A stretch of 64,000 bases of DNA from a virus. A model generated the notes under the pieces. It saw only the letters and a program-made list of their open reading frames with translations, had not been told where the DNA came from and made no database searches. Location: positions 121,565 to 185,564 of IMG/VR virus record IMGVR_UViG_3300003690_003472. One strand, written 5' to 3'. Positions 37,662-46,679 of the stretch are shown in pieces. The position numbers and the translations under genes are program-made. How positions within the stretch are numbered: position 1 is the first letter of the stretch; each line of letters opens with the position of its first letter.

Positions 37662-37756
37662 AAAAAACAAAAAAAAACAAAAAAACTCTTGACAAAATCC
37701 TCTTCATATGAGATAATTATAATCAAGAAGGGTCGAAAAACAAAGGAGCTTAAAAC

Positions 37757-38839
37757 ATGGCAATCGACTTCAAAACATTTCTTTCCTGCGCACCCCACGT
37801 CATCGCAGTTCGCAAACCCATTCTCCTTCGTGGTCGTCACGGTGTCGGTAAATCCGAGGTCGTCTATCAAGTAGCTGAGAGCATAAATCTGCCTGTCGTA
37901 GAGCGACGCGCTTCTCAGATGACAGAAGGCGACTTGCTAGGCATGCCTTCCCCTGAGTTTGTCGAAATTAACGGTGAACAAGCTTCCGTTTTCCGGCCCT
38001 TCTCTTGGTTCATTCAAGCTTGTACGGAGCCTGTCGTCCTGTTTTTGGACGAAGTTGACCGCGCAACCCAAGAGGTACGCCAAGGCATCTTTGAATTGAC
38101 GGATAGTCGGAAACTTGCAGGTTGGACCTTGCACAAGGATACCATCGTTGTTGCTGCTGTTAATGGCGGCGAGCATGGTGACCAATACCAAGTCAACGAA
38201 ATGGACCCAGCGGAATTAGACCGCTATACTGTTTTTGACATTGAGCCCTCTATTGAAGACTGGCTTGTGTGGGCAAAAGAAAATACTCACGGCATCATTT
38301 GGGATTTCATTAATCAGAATCGTAACCATCTTGACCATAAAGATGATTTTGAGCCGAACAAGGTATATCCTTCGCGTCGTTCATGGAAGCGACTAAACGA
38401 TTGTTTGGTTGAAGCAAGCGCAATAGAAGAAGCTTCTCCGCTTCTCTTCAACCTTTCCACTGCTTTTGTCGGCTTTGAAGCTGCTGTTGCTTTCAATGAT
38501 TTCGTAAAAAATTACTCTCGCGTTGTCACGGTTGAGGAAATTTTGGTTGAGGGCAATGTGGATGCTACCACAAACTTTGACCTGAACGAGCATTGCGCTC
38601 TCATTGAAAAGATGGAAGCTAAAGATACGTTTGCTGCAGCGCTTCCAAAAGAGCAGATTCAAAATCTGGCAAACTATTCTGTAACGCTTCCTTCTGAGGC
38701 GTTCATGAAGCTTTGGACTCTCGTAGGCAAAGGCGACGTGTTGGAAAATACAACAGGACTTCACAGTGCCACTGCTGATAGTGGTACAAAAGTTTCTTCT
38801 TTCATCGTTGAGATTCTCACAGGAAATCAAACAGACTAA
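37757..38839 (+). CDS. MoxR/AAA_5-type ATPase
   Basis: GRHGVGKS, LFLDEVDR, AAVN, DPAELDR, PSRRSW. Confidence 0.9.
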   Translation: MAIDFKTFLSCAPHVIAVRKPILLRGRHGVGKSEVVYQVAESINLPVVERRASQMTEGDLLGMPSPEFVEINGEQASVFRPFSWFIQACTEPVVLFLDEVDRATQEVRQGIFELTDSRKLAGWTLHKDTIVVAAVNGGEHGDQYQVNEMDPAELDRYTVFDIEPSIEDWLVWAKENTHGIIWDFINQNRNHLDHKDDFEPNKVYPSRRSWKRLNDCLVEASAIEEASPLLFNLSTAFVGFEAAVAFNDFVKNYSRVVTVEEILVEGNVDATTNFDLNEHCALIEKMEAKDTFAAALPKEQIQNLANYSVTLPSEAFMKLWTLVGKGDVLENTTGLHSATADSGTKVSSFIVEILTGNQTD

Positions 38840-38847
38840 TCAAACAT

Positions 38848-38886
38848 GCTCCACCCAAAAATAATTGGGTGGAGCTTCACTTTTTT
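38848..38886 (+). terminator. Rho-independent terminator
   Basis: GCTCCACCCAA/TTGGGTGGAGC 11-bp stem followed by T-rich run. Confidence 0.8.
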
Positions 38887-38922
38887 CTTGACAAATTCAT
38901 CTACATGTGAGATAATTATAGC

Positions 38923-40170
38923 ATGGAAAACACAAAAAACAAAAGTTTTGATTTGAACATGCACATCGCGCGCTTGCTCATGAGCGAGCCTTTCTTTGCA
39001 TCTTTGTCACGTCGAGTTACAAAGTGTGCTAGCACCATTGTTCCAACGGCTGGCGTTCGTGTTAATCCTGAGACGGCACGTTACGAATTAGTTTATAATC
39101 CCACTTTCTTTGAAGGGTTGACGGATGATGAGCGCAGAGCAGTGCTCATTCATGAGTTTTATCACCTAATCTTTGAGCACGTAACTAGTCGTCTTCCCGA
39201 TGGCGCAATGACTCGTGATTGGAACATTGCAGCAGATTTAGCAATTAATAGTCACATCAACGGACTGCCTGAAAGTGCTTGCATTCCCGGCCAAGGACCA
39301 TTTGCTGATTTTGCACCAGAATTGTCTGCGGAAGCTTATTTGAGGCTGATTCAGCAAAAGCGGAAGGAAGAAAAACAGCAAGCAAAAGATGGCGACAAGA
39401 GCGACAAAAACGATGGCAGCGATGGCAACAACGGTCAAGGTGATGACGAGGAAAACACCAACAACAAACTTCCCGAAAACAATGGGCTTGATAGCCACCA
39501 AGATTGGGGTAAAAGTGACAATACAACCAACGAGATTGCTAAAGAGCGAGTAAAGGAGCATATCAAAGAAGCAGCCCAAGAAGCGCAAAAAGGTCGAGGC
39601 TGGGGCACTATTTCTGCTTCTGTTCGGCGTGAGATTATGGAGCGCTTAATCACAAAAGTAGACTGGAAAAAGGTTCTACGCTATTTTGTAAAAACTTCTC
39701 GTCGTGCATCCACGCGGAGCACCGTCAAGCGCATCAACAAGCGTTACGCCTACATCCACTCTGGTAAAAAAGTGACACGTCAAGCACGTATCGCTATCAG
39801 CATTGACCAATCCGGGTCAGTAGATGATGGTATGTTGGCTGCATTTTTCAATGAGCTTAACAAGCTTTCAAAGCTTGCTTCGTTTACTGTGATTCCGTTC
39901 GATACTATTGTTTGCGAAGAAAAAGTATACGAATGGAAAAAAGGTGAAAATCGAAAATGGGAACGTGTTCTTTGTGGTGGAACCTGTTTCAATGCTCCAA
40001 CCGATTATGTAAACAAACATGGCTTTGATGGTCATATTCTCTTGACCGATATGATGGCACCAAAGCCAAAAGCATCGAAATGTCAACGCATGTGGATGAC
40101 AACTGAAAATTATGCACGTCACCCCTATTTCAAAACAAATGAGCGAGTACTCGCAATTGATTGCGACTAG
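38923..40170 (+). CDS. DUF2201-type metallopeptidase-like + VWA protein
   Basis: HEFYH (HExxH), WNIAADLAIN, IDQSGS (MIDAS), GGT.F. Confidence 0.88.
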   Translation: MENTKNKSFDLNMHIARLLMSEPFFASLSRRVTKCASTIVPTAGVRVNPETARYELVYNPTFFEGLTDDERRAVLIHEFYHLIFEHVTSRLPDGAMTRDWNIAADLAINSHINGLPESACIPGQGPFADFAPELSAEAYLRLIQQKRKEEKQQAKDGDKSDKNDGSDGNNGQGDDEENTNNKLPENNGLDSHQDWGKSDNTTNEIAKERVKEHIKEAAQEAQKGRGWGTISASVRREIMERLITKVDWKKVLRYFVKTSRRASTRSTVKRINKRYAYIHSGKKVTRQARIAISIDQSGSVDDGMLAAFFNELNKLSKLASFTVIPFDTIVCEEKVYEWKKGENRKWERVLCGGTCFNAPTDYVNKHGFDGHILLTDMMAPKPKASKCQRMWMTTENYARHPYFKTNERVLAIDCD

Positions 40171-40437
40171 TCGAAAGGAGGCTATTTCAATGAAGCCTTA
40201 CAGCTAATTTAACTCATTGTGATTCGACCATGAAGAATATTGTATAATCGCCTTCTATGATTCTATCGAAGGGTAGTTAAAAACCTCAGATTACGAGGGG
40301 TCTACAGTCGAAGAGAATCTGGGGAAGTTACGCGCCAAGAACAGCGGCTTCTTTATGGTCGATTTATAACAAAAACTTCTTGACAAAAGCTCATATATAT
40401 GAGATAATACTTATAGAAACGGTTGAAAAAGGAGAAA

Positions 40438-40953
40438 ATGTCAACCATGAAACAAAACGATTACCTTATGAAAAAGTGGTGTTTTGGCTTTGGCCGCAGC
40501 AAAGCAAAAGCGCGTGAAGAAGCTTACATGAACAAAGATGGCGAGCTTCAAACACACCGCAGCTATCCAAAATACCGCACAATCATATTCAAAGTGGAAA
40601 AAGCGACAAAGAAAGGCAATCAATGGCAAGTCGAAGGCACACAATTTGCCTCACTCACAGGCAAACCTAAAAAGACCAAGCTGATTTTGCAAGAAAAGAA
40701 TGGTCTTTTGTACGTCGCAGGACAAAAGCGTCCATTCCTTCGTATTCAAGACCCCGGCTTACTCACAGAAGATGGCATTCCACCTGTCGGTTCACTGATT
40801 ACGGTTGATAAGAAACATGCCATTGTCACGGCAGTAGATCGCAACCAGTTGACTGTCTTTGTCAAAGGACAGTTGAAAACTGTTGTTTGTAAGCCCGGTC
40901 AAATTCGATGGCACTCAGACAAAGTGCTCATCAGTGCGGTAGGTGGCAAATGA
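40438..40953 (+). CDS. Hypothetical early protein
   Basis: Promoter 40380 and AAGGAG RBS. Confidence 0.7.
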   Translation: MSTMKQNDYLMKKWCFGFGRSKAKAREEAYMNKDGELQTHRSYPKYRTIIFKVEKATKKGNQWQVEGTQFASLTGKPKKTKLILQEKNGLLYVAGQKRPFLRIQDPGLLTEDGIPPVGSLITVDKKHAIVTAVDRNQLTVFVKGQLKTVVCKPGQIRWHSDKVLISAVGGK

Positions 40954-41438
40954 GCAACGCTAAAAGTTATAACACAGGTAAACAAAACGAGAGTGATTCG
41001 TGGTCAGTGATGCGAGAACATGGTTTTGCGCGCCCAACTCCAAAACAAAGAGAGAATTTGGTTGCTGCTTACTTTATGAAGGGTAAAACGCTCAAGTCGA
41101 AAGGTTTTGATTTGATTAAAGAATCCGACGTAGAAGTAACCAATAGTCTCCATAAACTTCTAGAAACTATTGATAATATTGAGCTTTTTGAACTAAAAAC
41201 CGCTGGAAAGAAGAGAAAAAAAGCGATTGGAGATGATTGGTCTGGTCTTGGGTTTACTTTAACTAACTCAGAAAGACACAACGCTGAAACCTTTGGAAAT
41301 AACTTCAAATTTATCTTTCTCAATCTGAAGAACAATAGCATACACAAGTGTAGCCTAAAAGATTTCTTTCTTCCAGAGGTATCAAATATTTACCCAACTT
41401 GGTCGATTTTCATCAAAAAAGAAGGCTTGACAAGCTAA
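40950..41438 (+). CDS. PD-(D/E)xK nuclease-like protein (DUF3883-like)
   Basis: GFDLI…FELKT…FTLTNSE…A. Confidence 0.6.
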   Translation: MSNAKSYNTGKQNESDSWSVMREHGFARPTPKQRENLVAAYFMKGKTLKSKGFDLIKESDVEVTNSLHKLLETIDNIELFELKTAGKKRKKAIGDDWSGLGFTLTNSERHNAETFGNNFKFIFLNLKNNSIHKCSLKDFFLPEVSNIYPTWSIFIKKEGLTS

Positions 41439-41483
41439 CGCCAGCGTGGTATAATGGTGGCAGAAAACAAATCGGAGTACAAC

Positions 41484-41648
41484 ATGGTTGACAAGATTAT
41501 CCACTATGAGAATGGAGAAATGAACGAGGACGAGACAATTCAATTCTTTCAGGAGTTGATTGATTCTGGTCTAGCTTGGAGTCTTCAGGGTCATTACGGT
41601 CGTGTTGCTAGTTCTTTGATTGAAGAAGGCTTGTGCACCAATGGATAG
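41484..41648 (+). CDS. Small conserved-type phage protein
   Basis: YENGEM…FQELIDSGLAWSLQGHYGR; promoter 41427. Confidence 0.7.
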   Translation: MVDKIIHYENGEMNEDETIQFFQELIDSGLAWSLQGHYGRVASSLIEEGLCTNG

Positions 41649-41877
41649 GTCACGTTGGGCCGATATCGGGGATTTGGTAATCGAAAAGACAACGAAACGA
41701 GTTGAGGAACTCAAATGGGTTGGCGTTGTATACAAGATTATACGCAATAAATATAATCATGCCACAGTTTTTATTAATTGGACTCCAAACAACCCTCCTC
41801 ATTATTACAAAGAACGTGGCTATTCAGCTACAAACATTCATAATCTTCGAAGCAGATTTTGTGTGGTGAAAACATGA
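41641..41877 (+). CDS. IGDLV family small protein
   Basis: Family motif; ATGA overlaps. Confidence 0.65.
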   Translation: MDRSRWADIGDLVIEKTTKRVEELKWVGVVYKIIRNKYNHATVFINWTPNNPPHYYKERGYSATNIHNLRSRFCVVKT

Positions 41878-42050
41878 AACGAGAGAAAATCATGATTGGA
41901 GATTTAGTTCAGACCACATTAGGCTATGTGGGAATTGTTCTGGAGCGGAACACACAGACTGAAACCGGACAACATTGGTGGAGAGTTTGGAACATAGCTA
42001 AAAACAGACTAAGAATTGTTGGAGAGTGGGAGTTGACACGATTGTCATGA
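41874..42050 (+). CDS. IGDLV family small protein
   Basis: MIGDLVQTTLGYVGIV. Confidence 0.7.
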   Translation: MKREKIMIGDLVQTTLGYVGIVLERNTQTETGQHWWRVWNIAKNRLRIVGEWELTRLS

Positions 42051-42232
42051 AAGTCGGTGATTTGATTAGAGAAGAAGAGTTTCCCGAAGATGAATATGGA
42101 GTAATTGTTTACGTTGGAGACTTGCGAACAAAAAAGCCATATAAAGTCTTTTGCCCCTATTGGCAAGCAGTTATAGCTTTTGAGAAGAAATACGTTCATG
42201 AACAATGTGAGGTAATCAGTGCAAGTCGGTGA
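42047..42232 (+). CDS. Array cassette MKVGDLI…EVISASR
   Basis: Family motif and junction repeat. Confidence 0.75.
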   Translation: MKVGDLIREEEFPEDEYGVIVYVGDLRTKKPYKVFCPYWQAVIAFEKKYVHEQCEVISASR

Positions 42233-42404
42233 TTTAGTAAAATTCAAAGCAAGTGGCGTTACGGTAGTTTACTTAGGACTAGTAAATGGCCTTTATCAGT
42301 TTTATGATACAGAATACGGTCGAATTGAACTTATGAAAAAACATCGAGCAGGAAAACCCGGATTCAACCTTAGTAAAGTGGAGTTGGTCAGTGCAAGTCG
42401 GTGA
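42219..42404 (+). CDS. Array cassette MQVGDLV…ELVSASR
   Basis: Family motif and junctions both ends. Confidence 0.75.
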   Translation: MQVGDLVKFKASGVTVVYLGLVNGLYQFYDTEYGRIELMKKHRAGKPGFNLSKVELVSASR

Positions 42405-42534
42405 CTTGGTAAAGAACGGTCAGTATGGAATTGGAATCGTTGTATTCGTCGGCAATTGCACCGTTCAGATTAAATATAACAACTCTCCCGTCCCCCTGTG
42501 GACCAGTCTTGAGTTAATAGAGAAAATATCGTGA
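42391..42534 (+). CDS. Array cassette MQVGDLV (47 aa, missed by track)
   Basis: GTG 42391 to TGA 42534, GTGA overlap with next gene. Confidence 0.7.
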   Translation: MQVGDLVKNGQYGIGIVVFVGNCTVQIKYNNSPVPLWTSLELIEKIS

Positions 42535-42728
42535 AAATCGGTGACTTAGTTATTTACAAACCTTGGGCTAGTACCTACGAGGGCACAGGCTTGATACACG
42601 CGATAGAAGCCGTTTCTAGCGATGTTTATCGCTATAAGGTAAGTTGGCCAGCAAAACCAGCGTACATTGGGAGAACGATGACTTGGGAGAGCCCACGAGA
42701 CGTAGAGGTCATCAATGCAAGTCGGTGA
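42531..42728 (+). CDS. Array cassette MKIGDLV…EVINASR
   Basis: Family motif and junction. Confidence 0.75.
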   Translation: MKIGDLVIYKPWASTYEGTGLIHAIEAVSSDVYRYKVSWPAKPAYIGRTMTWESPRDVEVINASR

Positions 42729-42915
42729 TTTAATAAAATACACTTGGAACGGTCATAACGTTGGAGTGGTTTATAAAAACAATCATTGTTGGAACAACCA
42801 GCAACTAGGAACTGTCACAAAAATGGATGGTAATATAGTTTGGTGGACTGACACAAAAGGATATGCTTCTTGGACACATATTCTGAACTTGGAGTTAATC
42901 AGTGCAAGTCGGTGA
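42715..42915 (+). CDS. Array cassette MQVGDLI…ELISASR
   Basis: Family motif and junctions. Confidence 0.75.
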   Translation: MQVGDLIKYTWNGHNVGVVYKNNHCWNNQQLGTVTKMDGNIVWWTDTKGYASWTHILNLELISASR

Positions 42916-43099
42916 CTTAGTGAAGCTTAATGATTTGGTGGGTTTAGTCATTGGAACGGTGTCAGTAGAAGAGTCTCCCATTCACTTTCAAGAGGATCAC
43001 CCTACAGAACCGCATTTATATTGCGTTGCATGGTATCGATATCAACAATACGGTACTTATTGGAGCAACGATTTAGAGGTAATCAGTGCAAGTCGGTGA
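42902..43099 (+). CDS. Array cassette MQVGDLV…EVISASR
   Basis: Family motif and junctions. Confidence 0.75.
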   Translation: MQVGDLVKLNDLVGLVIGTVSVEESPIHFQEDHPTEPHLYCVAWYRYQQYGTYWSNDLEVISASR

Positions 43100-43283
43100 C
43101 TTAGTTAAACTTTCGAGTAAGGGCAATAATATTTTATGGTGTAAAGTGTACAAAAACAAGGCAGGAATTGTTGTGGACACACAGCCAAGAAACAAAAGAC
43201 TTCACAACATACAAGTGATGTGGATGAATTATGGTAGCCGATGGGTGCATCGGGCCTATCTCAAAACAATTTCGAGAGGCTAA
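43086..43283 (+). CDS. Array cassette MQVGDLV
   Basis: Family motif. Confidence 0.75.
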   Translation: MQVGDLVKLSSKGNNILWCKVYKNKAGIVVDTQPRNKRLHNIQVMWMNYGSRWVHRAYLKTISRG

Positions 43284-43292
43284 AAAATAAAT

Positions 43293-43457
43293 ATGAAAGT
43301 CGGTGATTTAGTTAAAGCAAGATTATACCATACGTGGTATAATAATGGTGTTGTTGTCAATATTGCTGGGCGCAAGTGGCTTAAAATTGCTTGGGCAGAT
43401 GGAGTCATTCAACAAGAACATGTTGATGATTTAGAATTAATCAATGAAAATCGGTGA
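43293..43457 (+). CDS. Array cassette MKVGDLV…ELINENR (54 aa, missed by track)
   Basis: ATG 43293 to TGA 43457. Confidence 0.7.
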   Translation: MKVGDLVKARLYHTWYNNGVVVNIAGRKWLKIAWADGVIQQEHVDDLELINENR

Positions 43458-43635
43458 TTTAGTAAAACACAAAAGAAATGGTCAACTAGGTTTGGTTATT
43501 CGCATAGAAATAGCTATGGGAGGCAACGACCCATTTTATCACATTCAATGGGCAAACAACTCCAACAGCGCATGTTGGAACGATGAAATAGAACCAGTCG
43601 ATAAAAATTGGTATAAAAAACAAAAAAGTACTTGA
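43444..43635 (+). CDS. Array cassette MKIGDLV
   Basis: Family motif. Confidence 0.75.
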   Translation: MKIGDLVKHKRNGQLGLVIRIEIAMGGNDPFYHIQWANNSNSACWNDEIEPVDKNWYKKQKST

Positions 43636-43666
43636 CAAAACCCCAAAAATTTGAGATAATACTTAC

Positions 43667-43894
43667 ATGGCGTTGAAGACTACAACATTTATTGCTTCAA
43701 AATTTGACCGCTGCCACGATGACCTTGATGGTCTTCTGCCAGAGGGTCACATTCTTTACTCATGGGATTGGATTGACACACCTGAAGGTCATGAACTAGA
43801 GCGTAACGACGTTCTTGTTGAGGTCCAGCATGGAACTCTCAGCGACATTGCCGAGCATGCAGGTGTTGAACTTCATCTAGCAGAGGACAACTAA
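43667..43894 (+). CDS. Acidic hypothetical protein
   Basis: Directly after promoter 43632. Confidence 0.65.
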   Translation: MALKTTTFIASKFDRCHDDLDGLLPEGHILYSWDWIDTPEGHELERNDVLVEVQHGTLSDIAEHAGVELHLAEDN

Positions 43895-44202
43895 TGTCAC
43901 AAAAACAAATTTATCTTGCACAGTGGGACCATAAACATGGTCAAAACATTTCAGCGCACACTACACACGATGGCGCATTCAAGCAATGTGTTGAATGGGC
44001 ACGCGAGACTTTAGAGGAATGGTTACCTTACGCTAACAATGCCGAAGAGTGCGCAAAATTGAACGATAAAGACCTCATAGCCAATTGGGGCGAGATTACA
44101 GGATATACTGAATATTTCAACGTTGATTCGCTTTCACTAAACGAGGATGAGCCAGACGAAAAAGAAACATGGATTGCTGATACTTCTCACATTGGAGCCT
44201 AA
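43894..44202 (+). CDS. Hypothetical protein
   Basis: TAATG coupling, GAGG RBS. Confidence 0.7.
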   Translation: MSQKQIYLAQWDHKHGQNISAHTTHDGAFKQCVEWARETLEEWLPYANNAEECAKLNDKDLIANWGEITGYTEYFNVDSLSLNEDEPDEKETWIADTSHIGA

Positions 44203-44206
44203 ATAA

Positions 44207-44578
44207 GTGGGATACTGTTCAGAAGTAGCATTGGCCGTCAGTAAAAAACTCATGCCACATTTTTTAGGTGTCTTAGCTAAGGAGCCTGCTGCTCGTCCTT
44301 TAATTTTCAAAGAACATGACCACCTTGACTTAGATTATAACGGTGAGGGCACACTGCTCGTCATATGGCATGAAATAAAGTGGTATGACAGTTGCGCTGA
44401 AATTAATGCTCTCAACGACTTCATTGAATTATGCGAAGCCGAGATGGTTGATGGTTTTGACGGTGAATCAAGTGAACATGTACGTTTTGTGCGACTTGGC
44501 GAAGATAGCGACGACTACGTAGAAAAAGGTACGCTGCACGATTGGGATATATCTATGAGCAGGAGCTTGATGTATTGA
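44207..44578 (+). CDS. Hypothetical phage protein
   Basis: MGYCSEV…KWYD…FVRLGED pattern. Confidence 0.7.
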   Translation: MGYCSEVALAVSKKLMPHFLGVLAKEPAARPLIFKEHDHLDLDYNGEGTLLVIWHEIKWYDSCAEINALNDFIELCEAEMVDGFDGESSEHVRFVRLGEDSDDYVEKGTLHDWDISMSRSLMY

Positions 44579-44742
44579 GAATCGGTGATTTAGTAAAGTT
44601 TGATAGCAATGGCATGATTGGCCTTTTACTGCACAAACACTATATGCCAGAAGATGAAATTCTGTTTAAAGTTTTGTGGCTTGATGGTACGACTAGCAAT
44701 CGTTGGCAAGATGAATTGGAGGTTATTGATGCAAGTCGGTGA
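44575..44742 (+). CDS. Array cassette MRIGDLV…EVIDASR
   Basis: TTG start overlapping upstream TGA; junction at end. Confidence 0.7.
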   Translation: MRIGDLVKFDSNGMIGLLLHKHYMPEDEILFKVLWLDGTTSNRWQDELEVIDASR

Positions 44743-44905
44743 CTTAGTTCAACTTTTAGACGTTCATGGAGAACCAGAACTGTTGACAGGCATTATTACC
44801 GGATTCAGAAAAGGACTTGTTAAAGTGCACTGGTCTGGCGTATTCAACCAACGCGATGCTGCATGGCAGTGGGGACGATTGAAGGTGCTAAATGCAAGTC
44901 GGTGA
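44729..44905 (+). CDS. Array cassette MQVGDLV…KVLNASR
   Basis: Junctions both ends. Confidence 0.75.
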   Translation: MQVGDLVQLLDVHGEPELLTGIITGFRKGLVKVHWSGVFNQRDAAWQWGRLKVLNASR

Positions 44906-45053
44906 CTTAGTAAGACAAAAAGTCAGACCGCAAGGCGCATTGCTTGTAATCAGAATAGATGACACCGGCAATTGGTTCATGGCTCATGATTATGGGTCAC
45001 ATAATACGTGGCTAACTATAAAAGATTATGAGATAATTAATGAAGATAGGTGA
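44892..45053 (+). CDS. Array cassette MQVGDLV…EIINEDR (53 aa, missed by track)
   Basis: ATG 44892 to TGA 45053. Confidence 0.7.
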   Translation: MQVGDLVRQKVRPQGALLVIRIDDTGNWFMAHDYGSHNTWLTIKDYEIINEDR

Positions 45054-45255
45054 TTTAGTGAGAACTACGCGCGCGCGCATCGGCGTTCCAAAAGGAACGA
45101 TTGGTTTGATTTTTGAAACCCACGATGCGCGCCCTTATGAACCCTTCAATGAATTTGATGGGGGACTCTGCGATGTGCAGCTTTATGGTTTGAAAAATCT
45201 TCGAACAGTTCGCCGCATACCAAAAGATTTGGAGGTCATCAATGCAAGCGGGTGA
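45040..45255 (+). CDS. Array cassette MKIGDLV…EVINASG
   Basis: Junctions both ends. Confidence 0.75.
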   Translation: MKIGDLVRTTRARIGVPKGTIGLIFETHDARPYEPFNEFDGGLCDVQLYGLKNLRTVRRIPKDLEVINASG

Positions 45256-45454
45256 CTTGGTCAAAGAGAAAACCAAAACGAATCGCAAACCTTCACTTGG
45301 AATATTGTTGTATACATGTGAGGACCGCAATCCACGAGAAAAGCCTTTTCCTTATTTTATCCATTGGTTTGATAATGATGAACAAGAGTGGACAAAAGAA
45401 ATATTCTTTGAGGTGGTTAACAATGGTAATATTGAACGAAAAAATTGTCTGTAA
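45242..45454 (+). CDS. Array cassette MQAGDLV
   Basis: Family motif. Confidence 0.7.
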   Translation: MQAGDLVKEKTKTNRKPSLGILLYTCEDRNPREKPFPYFIHWFDNDEQEWTKEIFFEVVNNGNIERKNCL

Positions 45455-45722
45455 AGACGGGTTTGAGATGAGTGTACAGGCAAACGAAGGTGCATATTGT
45501 TCACCACGAATTGACAATGCAGAAAAATACACAGCAGTTGAAGTGGGGTACCCAAATCAACATGAACCAATGTTGATGGAATGGTGCAATGGTGGAGAGC
45601 CTCTCAATACAGTTTATGGGTGGGTACCAGCATCGAGAATTTCATTGATTTGCGCCAAGCACGGTGGGATTGTTTCAGGTAAGTTGCCTGCTGGAATTCC
45701 ATTTATTGAGGCGGCAAAGTGA
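45423..45722 (+). CDS. Hypothetical phage protein
   Basis: IVCKDGFEMSVQA…YCSPR…VEVGYP; GAGGTGG RBS. Confidence 0.7.
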   Translation: MVILNEKIVCKDGFEMSVQANEGAYCSPRIDNAEKYTAVEVGYPNQHEPMLMEWCNGGEPLNTVYGWVPASRISLICAKHGGIVSGKLPAGIPFIEAAK

Positions 45723-45989
45723 AAACCAACGAGGTCAACAATTAATGGAATTATTTGGTCTACTGATACCAATCATAGGTTTTATTGCATATGTTTGGCT
45801 ACAAGAAACGTCACAAAATAGGAGATAAACTATGACGAGAAAAGAAGAATTAAAGCAACTTAATGAATATGTTGAAAAAAATGGAGTAACAATATTACCA
45901 CCAGACGAAAGAGGTCCAGAAGTATTGTTTAGCGCATGGAAAAGGCAGCCCACAAAAAAGAAACGTGGAAGAAAGAAAAAAGAAAAGTG

Positions 45990-46679
45990 ATGTCAATTGA
46001 ATTATATGATGATAAACTTGGGCGTGTTGATTATGTAAGTCACATGGGTTCGGATTTGACCGTGGTTAATTCTGCCAGAGTTTCTTTTGGAAAAGAAGTA
46101 AAAGAAATTTCTGCAAAAGATAAAAAATTGATTAAATATTTAATCACACACAAACATACTTCTACACTTGAACATTGTGTAATTACATTTAGATTCAAAG
46201 TACCATTATTCATTCGCTCACAACATCACAGGCATCGCACGTGGTCTTACAATGAAATATCCAGACGGTATACCGATATAAATTTAGAATTCTATGAGCC
46301 GAAACAGTTTAGAAAACAAAGCGAATCAAACAGACAAGCATCAACTGATGAAACATTTGACCCATATATGAATGATATGCTTGAACCAGCCTCTAAAATT
46401 ATTAGAGAACATCATGAAGCATCGCTCTACGTTTACAATAAACTTTTAGAATCAGGGATATGTCGTGAGCAAGCAAGAGGAGTACTTCCACAAAATTTAT
46501 ATACAGAATATTATGGTACGTGTAACCTGAACAATTTGTTTAAATTTATAGATTTGCGCTCATATACTGGAGCGCAATGGGAAATTCAACAAGTAGCGAA
46601 AGCATGTCTTGAAATTGTAACAGACTTGTTTCCAATAACAATTGGAGCATATCAAGAAGTTTCGCGCGCGCCCCCATGA
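45990..46679 (+). CDS. thyX: Flavin-dependent thymidylate synthase
   Basis: VVNSARVS, HTSTLEH, RHRTWSYNEISRRY, EQARGVLP, AQWEI. Confidence 0.96.
   Translation: MSIELYDDKLGRVDYVSHMGSDLTVVNSARVSFGKEVKEISAKDKKLIKYLITHKHTSTLEHCVITFRFKVPLFIRSQHHRHRTWSYNEISRRYTDINLEFYEPKQFRKQSESNRQASTDETFDPYMNDMLEPASKIIREHHEASLYVYNKLLESGICREQARGVLPQNLYTEYYGTCNLNNLFKFIDLRSYTGAQWEIQQVAKACLEIVTDLFPITIGAYQEVSRAPP

Larger units (their letters stand above)
42047..45255 (+). repeat. Array of ~25-30-nt junction repeats (consensus TTGGAGGTAATCARTGCAAGTCGGTGAYTTAGT) separating ~130-170-nt unique coding segments
   Basis: Ten junctions with 14-nt start/stop overlap beginning at 42219, 42391, 42715, 42902, 43086, 43444, 44729, 44892, 45040, 45242. 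Confidence 0.9.

Noticed and set aside
42047-45255. Junction repeats as a CRISPR array
   Set aside because: Repeats are degenerate and coding, 'spacers' are 130-170-nt ORF bodies, and there are no cas genes
42047-45255. Diversity-generating retroelement
   Set aside because: No reverse transcriptase in the window and no TR/VR pair differing only at adenines
45252-45422. 5' extension of ORF 45252..45722 and similar long upstream extensions in the track (44618, 42026, 31642, 11318)
   Set aside because: They overlap real cassette or core genes in another frame; downstream starts have RBSs
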